A stretch of DNA of 64,000 bases from Massalongia carnosa. Lineage: Eukaryota. Made by a program: the position numbers and the translations under genes. This document shows positions 36,101 to 49,959 of this stretch, in pieces (within the stretch, counting starts at the first letter, position 1; every line of letters starts with the position of its first letter). Location: NCBI GenBank assembly GCA_965645245.1, contig OZ287067.1:1860001-1924000 (forward strand). Reading direction: 5' to 3'. A model generated the notes under the pieces. It saw only the letters and a list, made by a program, of their open reading frames with translations, was not told where the DNA came from and searched no databases.

Positions 36101-36513
36101 AGCCACAGGTATAAATCTCCTTCGGGGTATCTTACATTTACATTTCAGACGATATCCAGCAGCGGCTCAGGAAGGCACTTACGGTTCAACTGATGACGAT
36201 ACAGGTGCTCGGCTCTTGAATAACTTTTACCACAGCCCTGGTGAGGACATGAGAAGTTTTTGTCCAAGCCTTTCCTACTCCGCTTTCTCTTTCGCGGTTT
36301 CCCATTGGTTGAAGCTTCGGTACCATCGTCTTTCTCCTCACAACTATCATCGTCTGCTTTTGCAGCTGACCCGCTCTCCCGGTCTTGTCTTCGACCTCGT
36401 GAACATTCAGCTTCATGCTGAGAATGTTCAGATAAAGAAGACGGTGAACTTTTGTACGATGATTCGGTTTTGACGGATGAAACCGTGAGGGTTGAAACTA
36501 GTTGAGGGCTCAT
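33105..36513 (-). CDS. C2H2 zinc-finger transcription factor with fungal-specific TF domain (Klf1/Zas1-like); exons 36513-36183 and 36130-33105
   Basis: FSCPHQGCGKSYSRAEHLYRHQLNH and YTCGFPGCERQFVRQDLRARHRERH zinc fingers, plus YWYHFHPQMPILHQPTF. The GT-AG intron 36182-36131 joins the frames. Confidence 0.93.
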
Positions 36514-38009
36514 TTTCAACTTTCTTAATTCTCACAAACAAAGCAAAGATATCCCCCTTCTGTCGACCGTGCGGAATGACAAATAAAGCCTTTAAAAACT
36601 GCCTATCTCTATTTTCCCGATCATGGCCCTTATAAAATGCTTATAAATACGAAGTGGAAACATGGATGCGCCCTTGCAATGGACTGGCGCAGCGGATATA
36701 GCCCTAGGGTTGAAGAAGCGGCTGACGATTTGCTGATGAAGCAGAATATGTATCTACCACTCTGCAACGAATACACCTAGTGCTTTGGCTAGATGTATGA
36801 AAGGCTCAATAGAAGTGGCAACATGGGGCAAATAAAAGGAACAGCAATCAGATTCTTGACGGTGCAGAGTACAGAGTACGTACATGCAGTCTGAACATGG
36901 CATCAGAACAAGACTCTGGTGAGTAGGAGAAGGTCAGCATCAGTGCCTGTACAAAGTGCGTAGCGCCCAAACCAAACCTGCGGAAGCGAAGCACAAGCCT
37001 GCGAATTAATATACCCGTAAGAGCCCTTCAGATGGCTTTTAGCCTCTGGGTGGCATTATCCAGCGGCGAACGGACGAAGGAGTGCACGATGGAGCCTAGG
37101 TAGATGTTTTCTAGGCAGTGGGATTTTGCAAGGCGTGGTAAGATTGGTTGATTGATGATGGTCACTTGATGGTCGCAAAATGCGAAGTGTATTTGTACGA
37201 AGCAAGAGAGGCGATTTGACTCGAGCGCGTCTAAAAAACCCTACCGTATCTCTTATGCTCGTCTACGGAGAAGACGGTACGGTACAGCTTGGACGTGATT
37301 GGTACAGAGTACGCAGATGATGCTCAACGGACTTACCCTGTGCAGAGGATCTTGTAGGCAAAGTGTTAACTCACTGGCAGCTTTGCTTTACGTGAGAATG
37401 AGACGTGTGCCTCCGATGTGGGGTAGTTACGCGGGGCGGCACACTCTTTAAAGGGCATGGCTCTGAACGCGGAGCACGATCTCTCGTGCAAGGCATTCCG
37501 AAAGGCACACACAGTAACCTATTTGGTACGCAGTACGGAGTAGCTTCCCTCTCCTGGGTCTATTCACCACTCCTCTACACCAGGTACTCTACTCTGTAGT
37601 TATCTCTGTACGGATTCCGGATTACTCTGTACACAGCACCTCATGGCTTTGGGTTTGCTGGACCCAGCAGCCCGGGGCGCACGCACGGTACAGGGTTCTC
37701 CTATCCTTTCACTAGATACGTCCAGAGTACTCTGTACTTCGTGCAGATTGGAGAGGCTTTACCGTCTGCGCCATTGCCCATAGCTCTAATCGGCCTAGTC
37801 ATCAGTGGGGGATCATGAATGGCCATACACTACTACTCCGTACTCGCCAACCGCGATTCACTGTGGAACATCATTGGTGGAAATTCTATAGGCGTACGTA
37901 CCCGTTTTGGTGCTGGTACGGAGTACATACTATCAGCGGCTATCTACCAAATCAACCTTTCTCGAGGATTCAGGTTACTTTCGGAAACACCAAATTACAT
38001 ATTGCTATA

Positions 38010-38645
38010 ATGGCTCCGCAGCGCCAACGTGTAGTTCCGGACGACTCAAGATCGGAGACTTCAAGTTCCAAGGAAAAGCAGATCCTAGTGGCGCCTTCAA
38101 AGGCCCGGCGCATTGGAAATCTTGCAGCTGTTGCCCGGAATTCGTCGCTCAAGGGCGTCGCCGTAGTAGCACCGTTAACTCTAGACCCAGAGCACGATGA
38201 AGCAGACCCGTTAGGTGGAGTATGTTCCATAAATGTTGCTTTACGATCCTGATGCTGAGTATACGATTATATTTCTAGATCAACTGGTCCAGCTTTAATC
38301 TATCGGTTCTACACGCATATCGACAGGCCCACCGCTTAAAGACGCCTTCAGCTTTCAGCTCCGTTTACAACCAGAGAATACTATCGCGGGCTGGAATCGG
38401 ATGGTCATCGCCTACAATGGCTGCCCACAGAGAGCGTCGGAGAGTCAACAAGGAACACCTGGCCATGGCTGTTAGAAAGGACTTCAACGATGCAATGGTT
38501 CATGAATCCGAAGCTATCACGGCTTTCTTGTACTCGGTTCACAATCAAGGTTAGATATCGGCCATTTTATTTGGTATGTGGAAGATCTAACGTCTTGAAA
38601 GATAAAAACTTTCGCATGCGATTCGCTACTCCTCTACTCAAGTAA
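38010..38645 (+). CDS. SAP30: SAP30-like Sin3/Rpd3 histone deacetylase complex subunit; exons 38010-38219, 38279-38549, 38602-38645
   Basis: Spliced translation gives INWSSFNLSVLHAYRQAHRL...KEHLAMAVRKDFN...ESEAITAFLYSV, a SAP30 Sin3-binding pattern. The ORF track misses it. Confidence 0.85.
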
Positions 38646-39393
38646 TTGTACGATATTTACATAATTAGAATTCTACTAATTCTACAATCCGGTTTGATGC
38701 GGTAACACCGCCTACTTGCTTCTCCTACCCTTCAACTCTGAAGCAGTGATCGAAACCCAGAAGACGTGTAAAGCTTGTAAATTCTTGGCTGTAATGAACG
38801 CTTTGTAGCATCTCTTTTCTGATTTCCCGTCCTCGCAGCAGAAAATTAATAACACGTTCGTAATGTATCATCTAAATGTCAAAATCCGGGATCTGAATTA
38901 ATTGAAACGTCGAAATCATGCCCGAGGACTTTGTGCCACTACACCAAAGCCCTCATTATGAAACTCCTTTTGTCTTCATCGGCCCCTTCCTCTATCACTA
39001 CCTCCTCGACCATTTCGATCTCTCCTTGATCTCTCCGCCATTATCTGCGCGCCACTTTCGGTTGACGCTTTCATGGCGAGATGAAGAATTAACAGCGAAG
39101 GAGTGAAATATGAAGAATGAGGGCAGGTGAAGGAGTTGGAGAGAGAGGGGAAAAGGTAATGTGAAATGTTCGTCGAGTGCGGCGACTGAAAATTAAGGAT
39201 TATATAATTTCAATACCGACATGAGGTGCACAAACTTTTATCCGAGCTTTTTTTTTTCCGCTGTGAAGCTACACCAATATTTCCACATCTCTTGATGAAT
39301 AGTTACTACCAACGTCCCTGTATATTCTCCGTGAAGAAACCGTAACTGTGCCTGGCTAAGTCTTGATTCTGCATTTGTTGTCCGCCGCGGAAG

Positions 39394-41141
39394 ATGAATG
39401 CTGGATACGCATTACCTTCAAGGGCTTGTGTTTCGCTACGCTCTGTATCCACTTCAACACCTTTTCAGCAGTGGTCCCTTGTCCGAAAAGCGCAAACCCG
39501 AAAGCTCAGCGACTACCCTCGAGGAAGCTCCAAAGGTCCGTTATGTCTATTTCTACCTCCGCGCAAGCGATGGATTGATGAATCAGCTCACAGGGTGTGT
39601 ATTTTGGTTCCCCCAAAAGCTTACAGTTACTAATGTCTTTTCCGTTCAGTCGTTTCACGCAACCCCTACCATTCACGCGACCAAAAATCCTTATACCGTG
39701 TTAGGTGTTGATCAAAATGCCTCCTCGTCTGAGATTAAGAAAGCATATTATGCATTGGCCAAGAAGTATCATCCAGATACCAACAAAGATTCAACGGCTA
39801 AAGATCGCTTCTCGGAATCGCAAACAGCCTATGAAATTCTTTCGGATACCAAGAAAAAGGCGGCTTGGGATCAGCATGGAGCTGCTGCGTTCGACCAAGG
39901 CGCAGGATACGACCCCAGCGGATCTTCGGACAATGGTCCCTTCAGTGGAGCGGCTGGTGCAAGTGGCTTTGGAGGCTTTGGAGGTGGGTTTGGGGGAGGA
40001 TTCGGTGCAGAAATCAATTTCGAAGAACTTTTTGGAGCATTTGGAGGTCAAAGGAAGAAAGGGAGAGGTTCGCGTCAGGGTCCTTTTCAGGAAGAGCTGG
40101 TTGGCCAGGATATCGAAGTACAGGTTAACATATCCTTCATGGACGCCGCGCAAGGCAGGAGCAAAAACATACATGTTACCCCGATGGTAAAATGTAAGAC
40201 CTGTTCAGGAAGTGGCTTGAAAATTGGACAATCACGTTCCACATGCAAAACATGTGGGGGTTCGGGAACCCGTATTCACTTTATGCAACAAGGTTTTCAG
40301 ATGGCAAGCACCTGCGAAGCTTGTGGAGGCATAGGTGTAGTAGTCGCTCGAGGGGCAGAGTGTGGGACTTGCAGCGGTGGCGGGACCATCAGGGAGCGAA
40401 AAACCGTGCATGTTGACATCCCTGCAGGCGTTGAAGATGGAATGCGTCTTCGCGTTAGCGGAGAAGGTGATGCCCCCCCTACAGGGACAGCTGTAAACCC
40501 CAGCGTGCGCTCGAAGGCTGGAGACCTATATGTTTTCATAAGGGTTGCCCCTGATTCGAAGTTCAGCCGGTCTGGTGCAGACGTGCTCTACACCGCTTCA
40601 ATCCCGCTGACGACTGCTGTCCTGGGCGGTGAAATGAAGGTACCAACCTTGGAAGGAGAGGTCAAAGTGAAAATAGCAACAGGAACTGGGACTGGTGATA
40701 AGCTCACGATGACGGGTATGGGCATGCCCAAACTTGGCAATCGAAGGAGCGCAAGGGGAGATTTGTGCGTCGAATTCAAAGTTACGATGCCGAAGTACTT
40801 GAATTCAAATCAAAGAACAATACTCGAGATGCTGGCAGATGAAATGGGGGACCAGACTGCAAAGCGAATTATGGATGTGGGGAAGGCCAGGTAGACAGAC
40901 TATATGGGATTCTAATATTTCTTAGCTAATATGGATCAGAAACGCTCAACCCTCCAGCATAGGCACTTCATCTGCTTCTGCTACGGATAGCTCCTCTAAG
41001 AACGAAAGCTTTCTCAAGAGTGCATGGCACAAGCTGACCTTTCAGCGCGAGAACCTAGCACCAGAACAGCTCCCTGGTGAAAAGAGCTCGGAAGGCAGAG
41101 GTAACGAGGAGGAGCCCAAGAAAGCAGCAGGCTCTAGATGA
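39394..41141 (+). CDS. MDJ1: Mitochondrial type I DnaJ chaperone; exons 39394-39535, 39587-39594, 39650-40890, 40940-41141
   Basis: J domain with HPD, G/F-rich region, four CxxCxGxG repeats, and an Arg/Ser-rich presequence ending RSFHAT. Confidence 0.92.
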
Positions 41142-41739
41142 GGAATTTACTCCTACTCCTTGCGATATCGTTGGTCGTTTGGTAGAATCCTCACTCCTGG
41201 AGCAAGGTTTATGGAGTCTGTTGGAATGGTAATTCCTTGTCCGCGCGGGTATTGGCGCACTATGAAGTACCTCGGGGGTATAGTAGTATGTTATCTTTAC
41301 CTTTCAGAGAAATTCACACCGTCAAACAGTTTCCAAGACCCTTTTCATTCAAACTTGTTTGCCTAAATTCTTCATTTCAAACTTCTAGCAAACAATGGAC
41401 ACAATTGAGATTGTCAAGCGTATTTCAGCCTTTATTCAGCTCTGTGCAATACCACGTTTGTTAAAAATATAAAAATAAAACTTTATAGACGTAGTTAAGC
41501 GCGCGCCTCTTTGGTGACTCGTCCGCTAATGTTATGCCACCGAATTGCTTATGCTACGTAGTGAGTGTATCCGTTCAATGAAGCACAGCTGACCTAAATG
41601 TTTCAACTCTCTATGCGTGCCAGAGAAGGCTGAAACCCGAGAAGGTGGTTTTTTCAACAGCATTAATGACCCCAAGCTGACAGAACAGTTTGTACTCCTT
41701 AAATCGAATGATTACTGGTCCTTTCAAGCAGTCACCTTC

Positions 41740-44700
41740 ATGATGCTGCAGGCGCCTATGATATCAAGCCCGCTGAAGCAAACCAACGAGATTGACTGGG
41801 TCCTGCCATTAAAGGGCTACATCAGGCAAACCTATGGCGATGATCCCGAGCGATATTCTGAGGAGTGTAATACCTTAAACCGACTACGGCAAGATATGCG
41901 AGGAGCGGGCAAGGACAGCGCGGCTGGAAGAGATTTGCTCTATAGGTACTATGGCCAATTGGAGTTGTTGGACCTTAGGTTTCCGGTAGACGAAAACCAT
42001 ATCAAGATATCCTTTACATGGTACACTGCGCAGTCAACTTTAGAAGCTTTTGTGCATCACATTAACTAGCCTAGGTTTGACGCTTTTACACACAAGCCAA
42101 CATCGCAATATTCGCTAGCCTATGAGAAAGCCTCTATAATTTTCAACATTTCTGCCGTGCTTTCCTGCCATGCTGCTAATCAGAATCGTTTTGATGAAAC
42201 AGGCCTGAAGACAGCCTATCATTCATTTCAGGCTGCAGCTGGTATGTTCACCTATATCAATGAGAACTTTTTGCACGCTCCATCCACAGACTTGAGTAGG
42301 GACACGGTGAAGACCCTTATTGCGATCATGCTTGCACAAGGTCAAGAAGTAGTCTTGGAAAAGCAGATTGCAGGTGAAAAAAAGGTTGGCCTTCTTGCGA
42401 AACTCGCTAGTCAAGCAGCATATCTCTATCTTCAAGCCGTAGAAGGCATTCAAGACAACGTAACCAGGGGGATTTTCGACAAAGTGTGGCTACAAGTCGC
42501 GCAGGTTAAAGCGAACTATATGTCTTCATTGGCGCATTTCTTCCAGGCCCTCGCTGACGATGATGCTAATCTTCACGGCACCGCAATTGCGCGCCTTCAA
42601 GTCGCCGAAGCCAACGGTAAGGATGCACACCGAATTGCAAGTTCTTTTCCATCGTCGGTCTCGCCAGGCTCCAATCTTAGTTCAGATACAGCATCAAGCT
42701 TAACTGATGCAACCAAGAGGCATCTCGCCAATATTCAGGAGAAGATGGTTTTGTTTAACAAAGACAATGACTTTATTTACCATCATACTATTCCTGCTGA
42801 AGCCTCATTGGCTGTAGTCCCCAAACTTCCAGCTGCGAAAGCAATCCCGGTGAGCGAACTCTATCAGGGTCAGGATATTCAAAGAATCATTGGACCAGAC
42901 ATTTTCCAGAAAATCGTTCCAATGTCTGTTACTGAATCTGCAAGCTTGTATGATGAAGAGAAAGCCAAGCTTGTCCGAGCCGAAGCGGAAAATGTTGAGA
43001 CTGCCAACGGTGAAATGGCGGCAAGCCTTGACTACTTGAAGCTACCTGCAAGCTTAAACGTATTGAAGGGTGGGATGGATCAAGAGACAGGAGTGGACGA
43101 CGAGTTCCGTGCTTGGTGTGAGGAATTAGCAGGGCATGAATCTTTTGGAAAAGTGTTTGAACAGCTCCAGTCGGACAAAAATATTGTGCTTGGCATTTTA
43201 GAAACATGTACTAAGCAGTTAGATATGGAAGAGAGTGTTTGCGAGAAAATGAGGTCAAAGTACGGCGGGGATTGGACTCAACAGCCAAGCTCGCGCCTGA
43301 CCACCACATTACGTGGCGATATTAGAAGTTACCGAAGCGCTATTGATGAGGCTAGTGGTAGCGATTCCCAGCTTCTTGGTACCTCTCGCCAATACGAGTC
43401 AGATTTTGACGAGATGCGTTCGGCCGGCGAAACGGATGAGGCGGATGTGCTGTATCAGCGTGCCATGATGAAAGCAGGAGCGAATCGAGGGCAGAGGAAG
43501 AGCCATGCCGACATTTCGGGTGCGCTCAATCGAGAAGGAAGCCTCTTGGATGATGATTATGGTGAAGGAGGGCCAAGCGTTTCAGATCAGATCGCGAAAG
43601 TAGAAGATCTTTTGAAAAGGCTGAACTTGATCAAGCGTGATAGAACCCAGGTCCTCAAGGACTTGAAAGAGAAGGTTAGAATACCTTTTCCATTTAAATT
43701 ATGCTTTAAACTAACTATTGGTTATCTAGGTTCGTACAGATGATATATCTAACGTACTTATTCTCAATAAAAAGTCCATATCAAACCATGAGAATCAGCT
43801 CTTCCAGGCCGAACTTGAGAAGTTCAGACCCTATCAGAATAGACTCTTACAAGCAACTCATAAACAGACTGCATTGATGAAGGAGCTGACTAAAACTTAT
43901 GGTGATCTACTTCAGGACAAAAGAGTGCGATCAGAGCAGGCTAGATATGAAGCTTACACTCGGCAACGCAACCTTGTACTTGGGAAATACAGGAAGGTTA
44001 TTCAGGCATTTAATGAATTGATTGCGGGATTTATTAGAGCACAAAGCTTTTATTCGGAGATGAAGGATACAGCTGAAAGCCTCGACAAGAATGTTGAAAC
44101 GTTCGTAAACAACCGCCGGTCGGAAGGAGCTCAACTACTAAGTCACATAGAACGGGACAGGGCAACGAGTATAGGGGGCCAAGCAGACCGAGAACGAGAC
44201 CGGCTGCGGGAGCTCATGGAGCGGATGTCGGTGGACCCATCCTCCAGTTCACCCACCAAGATTACACCCCAACCCAGTCCTTTATCAAGAACGCAGACAA
44301 ACGATCATTACTCGTCTAAAACGCCCCCTATGTCCCCGCCGTATGTTCCGACGCTATCGCGTCCGAATAACAACATGCCCCCGCTGCACACACAGGCCTT
44401 GAAGCCAGTACATTCAGGGAATTCCCAGTACGCCTCATCCCCAGATGGAAATCATCAGCATATGCATCATCACCAGAAAAATCAAGATTCATATCCGCAC
44501 GGGGCCAACGCGCTTATTGGCGAAGCCTATAATCCAATGGCCTATCCTTTCCAGACATCCGCGTCCATGCCACCACCTCCAGGGCATACATATTCAAATC
44601 CTACCCCTTATGGCTATCCTCAGCACTCACAGCACAGCCAATACCTACCTCAAGGATACGTCCCACCTCCACCTCCACCAGGTCCTCCTCCAAACGCTCA

Positions 44701-44839
44701 GCCTAATTTTGGAAACCTAAGCATGCCTTATCCTTCCGGCGCTGGAGGTTTAAACCCCCATCAAGCCTCTCTACATGGTAACGGAAGCGCACAGCAAGGC
44801 TCAAATGACCCTTGGGCTGGGTTGAATACGTGGAAATAG
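41740..44839 (+). CDS. BRO1: Vacuolar protein-sorting protein Bro1 (ESCRT-associated); exons 41740-42020, 42075-43674, 43730-44839
   Basis: LYRYYGQLELLDLRFP, QYSLAYEKASIIFN and FLHAPSTDL motifs, V domain and proline-rich tail. Introns are canonical. Confidence 0.93.
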
Positions 44840-46240
44840 ATCTCTAATCTTTTTCTTTGACCCATTTTTAAGGCTATTGTCTTGATGAGGACCTTCAAAA
44901 ACTGATGACAAACAGGCAATCAATTCTTGGGTAGTTTTTCTTGAGTTGCAGACTCTTGGCTGAAAGTAAAATCGAAATCTTAACTCTAACAATATAGCCC
45001 AAGCGATATATAGCCACCTCAAACTGCTATTCGAATTGGGATGGTCGAAGTACGCTCTCCACTTGATTGGTGATAACCTATCCGTACATCAATCAAGCTC
45101 CAATAGAACCCAGTTTTTCCGTTGATCCTTATCGCAAAACCAGCGAAAGGCCATCGGGGTTGTGGGTGAAGACGTTTCAAGGCGGAAAACTCGTGACCTA
45201 CAGATTGACACCAGTACTCTGTAGCTATACACTGTCACCCAAGCATCCTGCACAATCAACTTTATTATTCCAATACTCAGTTATATTTCGCTTGCCTCGC
45301 TTCCGGAAGTCTAGAATTGGCAATAATGATTTGCCACCCAATCTACAATGCGCTGTCCAGGTACCCGCTGATATCCGCTGGCAACGTATCGTACGCACTT
45401 TATCACATGAATTTGTCTAGATAACTTTTCCTCCCATACCATGTCCCACATGGAGAAATATCGTGGGGCCTCTCCTCGCACATCAAGGAAGGGGGTTAAT
45501 CATGCCCACAACGCTGTCCGACGGTCTCTAAAGAGTGCGCGCGTATAGCAATAGCCGCCTTGTGCTTGGCATTTGACATTGCACAGGCCCATGCCGAGCA
45601 TGCGCCGTTTGAAGCTAGGGAGATGCGAAACCCAAAGACAAAATGAAGTCCGGGGCTCGAGCGACATGAGGTCTCCGGCATGGGAAAGGACGGCGAAATT
45701 GTGCAGATTACCTAATTATGGTGACGAAATCGATCCTTGGTTTTGGGGATCCGATCCTTATTTACTGTGATCTAAGATACAAAGCTAGACTGTCGGAAGA
45801 AGGCTTTGGCTTGGGGCATTATCGAGACGTTCCGCTAATTATGGGAAGGGTTTCACATGCTCGTTAACTAAAGGAGTCGTTGCTTACTTACGTCATGATA
45901 AGTGTTCATCAATGCGAGCGACTCGACCGCGCGCCCTGCCCCCACGAGTGTAGTTAGATCCTTCTCTCCATTTCAGAGGTTATTCGCTGGATTAGCTAAG
46001 GGAGACTTTTGATATAATTACGATAAAGTTTCCAAAAGACAGAAATTCCTTAGCCCCAATAACATAAAACGTGATTAAATGCAATGTATCAGCAAACTCC
46101 CATCCGGGGGGGGGGTTAAAAAGGGGTAGAGTCCTGGCAAACGTAGAAATACTGGGATAATGCGAGGGGGGGAAAACGCTAGATACATCAAGGCCCAACC
46201 CTCCTCTCTAATAAAATACTCTAAATAGAAGTCCGCTTTT

Positions 46241-47624
46241 CTATGCGGAGAATTGCTCGCGCTCCGCCAGGCGGGTGCTTCCGCCCTTGATGACATGACT
46301 TATGTCGCCAACAGGTAGTTGGAAAGGAAAATCGACCGACGCGAGCATTTGAGCTAGAAATATCCACCTGCATTAAACCTCGTCAGCAACGACGATACCA
46401 AAACGGGGCGGCTGGTGGTGGTAGAGAAGAGCAGCTTACCATCCGGCCATGCACGCCAGGAAGCCGAAAGCACCAGATGCCTTGGGCACGAATTAGCCAA
46501 CCATGCATCCCAGTTTTGGGGGGGAAGTAGATATTTCCGAAACTTACGATTTCCAGGTTACCGCCTAGCTTGTGGTGGCCGAGCGCGTGGTGCCAATACG
46601 ATGCAGCCAGAAGGACAAAGGTCATGAAGAGCCCCAGGAAGATTGTTACGAAGACTAGGTTAGTCCGAAGAGCGCAGACGAGGTAGATCAGGCTCAACAG
46701 ACCCATGAAGAGCAGGAAGAAGGCTGCAGGGAAGGGGGGTCTTGTCAGTTTGGAGCAAACCGTTTTTTTCCCCCCCTCGTTCCAAAAAAGACAAACAGCG
46801 TTGCGCAGGCAGGAGTACGTACCGAAGGCAGCGTGAAACCCAGGGCTTTGAAGGCCAGACTCGGAAGGGTCGGTGAGATAGGTGGCGAATGCATTGAATC
46901 CGGGAGTTAAAGTGCTTCCGAGTGTTAACCAGAAACCGCCTGGCCATGTTACTTAGGTTCAATCTGCTGGTTGCACGTCAAAGATGTTAACCCACCATAT
47001 GAGCAGAAAACCACGAAAGAGAATGTGTTCCCAAGGAAGAATTCCAGTATGCCACCAAGCGTCATCAAAAGCCCTCCCTACACAGATTTGTCAGCTGTTT
47101 TGTCTAGGGATTGTTTTGGTCCAATCGCCTTGACGGAAGTATTGAATGATGGGGAGTGGCTGACTATGAAATAATATGAGCCGACACCAGCGATACCGGC
47201 ATCGGCACCGAGGCCAGAAGCCCTCCATCCCATCATCTCGCACGCCAACGGACTTAGACTTAGTAGGAAACCAAGAAGTGCGAGAGGAGTGGGATTGCCA
47301 AATGTTGCGCGTAGGTTGCCTTTGACCGCATTCTGTGGACTTAAATACATCTTCTCAAAGAGTTCTGTGTTGGATTAGCGCAAGGGGCCTGCTGGGAAAG
47401 AACACCAGCATCGCACCTGGGCTAATGGAGATGGAGTTGGCAGTCCGTATTTTCCGAAGCGCTTCGTCGCTGGGAACATCGCCGCGCAACTGGTAGGGTG
47501 TCGACTCGGGGAAATTCGGCCTCGATGAGTCTTCGGACCCGTTTTGCAAGGAAGAAAAGGTTGGATTGAAGCCATCTTCTCTCCTAGGATGTTCCTTTTC
47601 GTGTTCTAATGGTGTGTGGTTCAT
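46241..47624 (-). CDS. GPR1/FUN34/YaaH family acetate transporter (Ady2/AcpA-like), multi-exon
   Basis: MYLSPQNAVKGNLRATFGNPTPLALLGF, EFFLGNTF, CALRTNLVF and VDFPFQLPVGDIS. Internal exon borders are not all resolved. Confidence 0.9.
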
Positions 47625-49959
47625 GGTGAAATAGGAGCGTCGGGAGGTTCAAGGCGGACTATCTAATTGGTTGCGGAGGCAGAAGGAAAAGCGTTCCAAG
47701 GGCGTTTAGGAAGAATAACAGAATGACTGGTAGGTTGAAGTGGGATTAGAAGGAGAGAAAGTAGACAGCGGATCAGAAGGGTAGACAACAGCAGAATGGT
47801 GGAGATATAAACACAGCTGCAAGGTGGCATAGCCGATTGGAAAGGAAGGAAGAAAGAAACATGGCTTCAAACGGGGGAGGGCTAGGGAGTTTCATCCGCG
47901 CCAGAAGCGTGGGCCGGGTGGAGATTTTCTTCTTCTGCTTCTTCTGCTGCTTCTACTGCTTCTTCTTCCCTTTACCTCGCAGGCAGAAGGAAACTCTTCT
48001 CGCGGTTTCGCCACCAGGGCAAATTCGAACTTTAGACCGCAATCTGTATCGTCTTCACGCACGCTAAAGGTCATAGCTTGGCCGGGGGTACAGCCGCGCT
48101 GCAGCTACAGAGGTTCTGCTTTGCGGGAAACCGAATAAGAGACAAAATAGACGGCTGGAGCTGAAGCTGAACTTTTGATTGAGTTGTGAAGGCGCACGGT
48201 TCTACGCGGTTTGCAACGCTCTTACCGACGAAAGAAATTAGTGTTTGTCTCATCAAGTTGGATGTACTTTCTCCTTTTTTTTCTCCTTTTTTCTCCTTTT
48301 TTCTCCTTGTTTTCTTTCTTTACTCTTCCGTTTTCCTTTTAAAGTAATGATTATCCAACAATAAAATACGTCCATCCATCTTCTACGTAGAAACAAGTCC
48401 AAATAGCTTCAACTTACATCATGCCCAGTACTCGTTCGCAACATCTCTTCGTCAACCTGACAGTAGTTATGTGTGAAAGACTTGATTCGATTCTTCTTGT
48501 TCACCTTCCTACATCATTCACTCCATATTATCCTTCTGCTGCTTTGGTTCCATCATCTGACCAAACCAGCGCACCGTTGGAAAGTTGGCGCCTATCGACT
48601 AAGTAGGGCGGAAATTCCGCCCGCCTATACACGGCACGTACAGAGCACCTACTCTAGAGAAATGCAAAGGCGCCAAAATAAAAATAAATAAAAAGTACCC
48701 GGCCTGGCAAAGAAATAACTCGGAGGGTCCGCGGCGGCAACACGCTGGAAAGCCCAGAGGATCAAATGGCCTCGTTGATACATAGCCGTGGCCAATCCAA
48801 CCCCCCCAGCTTGCATTCTCTTAATCCCTGGAACCCCCGATCTAGTAATTCGTCTCGCACACTTCCTATCAGAGAGCCAGGTACAAAGTACAAATCACTG
48901 GTGCGGCAAGTTGATCGAGCATAACCTTAATAAAGGCATTCCATCTGAACCTGGGCCTGCCCAGAGAAGAGACCTTGCTCTCCTCTCGTTCTGCCGTCCA
49001 TTCACTCTCAGCCGTTATCCCGACTTGAGCGTTGTGAGATATAATCGAGATTACGCAACACTGTATCGCGTGCGATCCCCCACTATATGAGAATGCATGA
49101 CTTCATTGTCATCGGGGCTTAGGACCATTATGAGCCTCCAATCCAGTCCAGATGCCCTATTCTCTGTGACGCGTTGAGCTGTGCACAGAAGCAATGCCTG
49201 CTGCGATCAATGGAACGACATATCAGTGCGCTGATCCCGCTGGCACCCCCGATGTATCGAAAGGCGGTTTTTTATGCGACTTGACGATGTTGTTTCGTAC
49301 GGAACTGATGTCATGAAGCTCAAGTCTCATGACGTAAATTCCTGTGTTGCGTAGCGCCCGTTCATGAAGAGAGCGAAAGTTTGATATATCACGCATTACA
49401 AGGGTGTATGCTCTGTACACGGAGAGTTATTGCCACGCTTAATGAAGTGTTTTAGCCCTACAACAGTTTCTCACCTTGATGGTACCTTAAAGGAAGCCTT
49501 GAGCGATGATTCGGAATCATTTCATCTACAAACACCATCATGCAACATTCGCTCAATTCCTGGATACAATCGATGGTTGCGACGACCTTCCTTGCCTGTT
49601 TGTCACAAAACGGAGTCAAAGATATAAGTTCCTTGGGGGTTCTAGTAGCAGGGTTCACCAATCGAGAGATAGTGGTTGCGGGATGCATAGTTAAAGCGTC
49701 GTTAAGGTAATATTAGTATATCCCGATTTCAACAGCCGGTTGGACAGGTGCGGGGAAAGGGAGTATGTACGTGGTCCGCTTGCTGGTTGACATCTGGTTC
49801 GGCTGTACACTAGATCTCCATTTCCCCTCCCAAACCGTCAAAAGATATTATTGGGTTCGCTAGGTCCCGACTCACAGACTGTGTCAATATTATTTTCTTT
49901 GTCCAAAGTAAGCATGCCAAGCCTGCCTTTGAACGCCCCTGGCCGAACAAAACATCACA

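Noticed and set aside
39295..39345. Alternative MDJ1 start at ATG 39295
   Set aside because: It closes after 16 codons, so it is at most a uORF. ATG 39394 gives a plausible presequence.
47640..49900. Short ORFs and a TTCTTCTGC microsatellite between the transporter and LEU1
   Set aside because: No recognisable domains or consistent splice pattern; treated as intergenic/promoter DNA.
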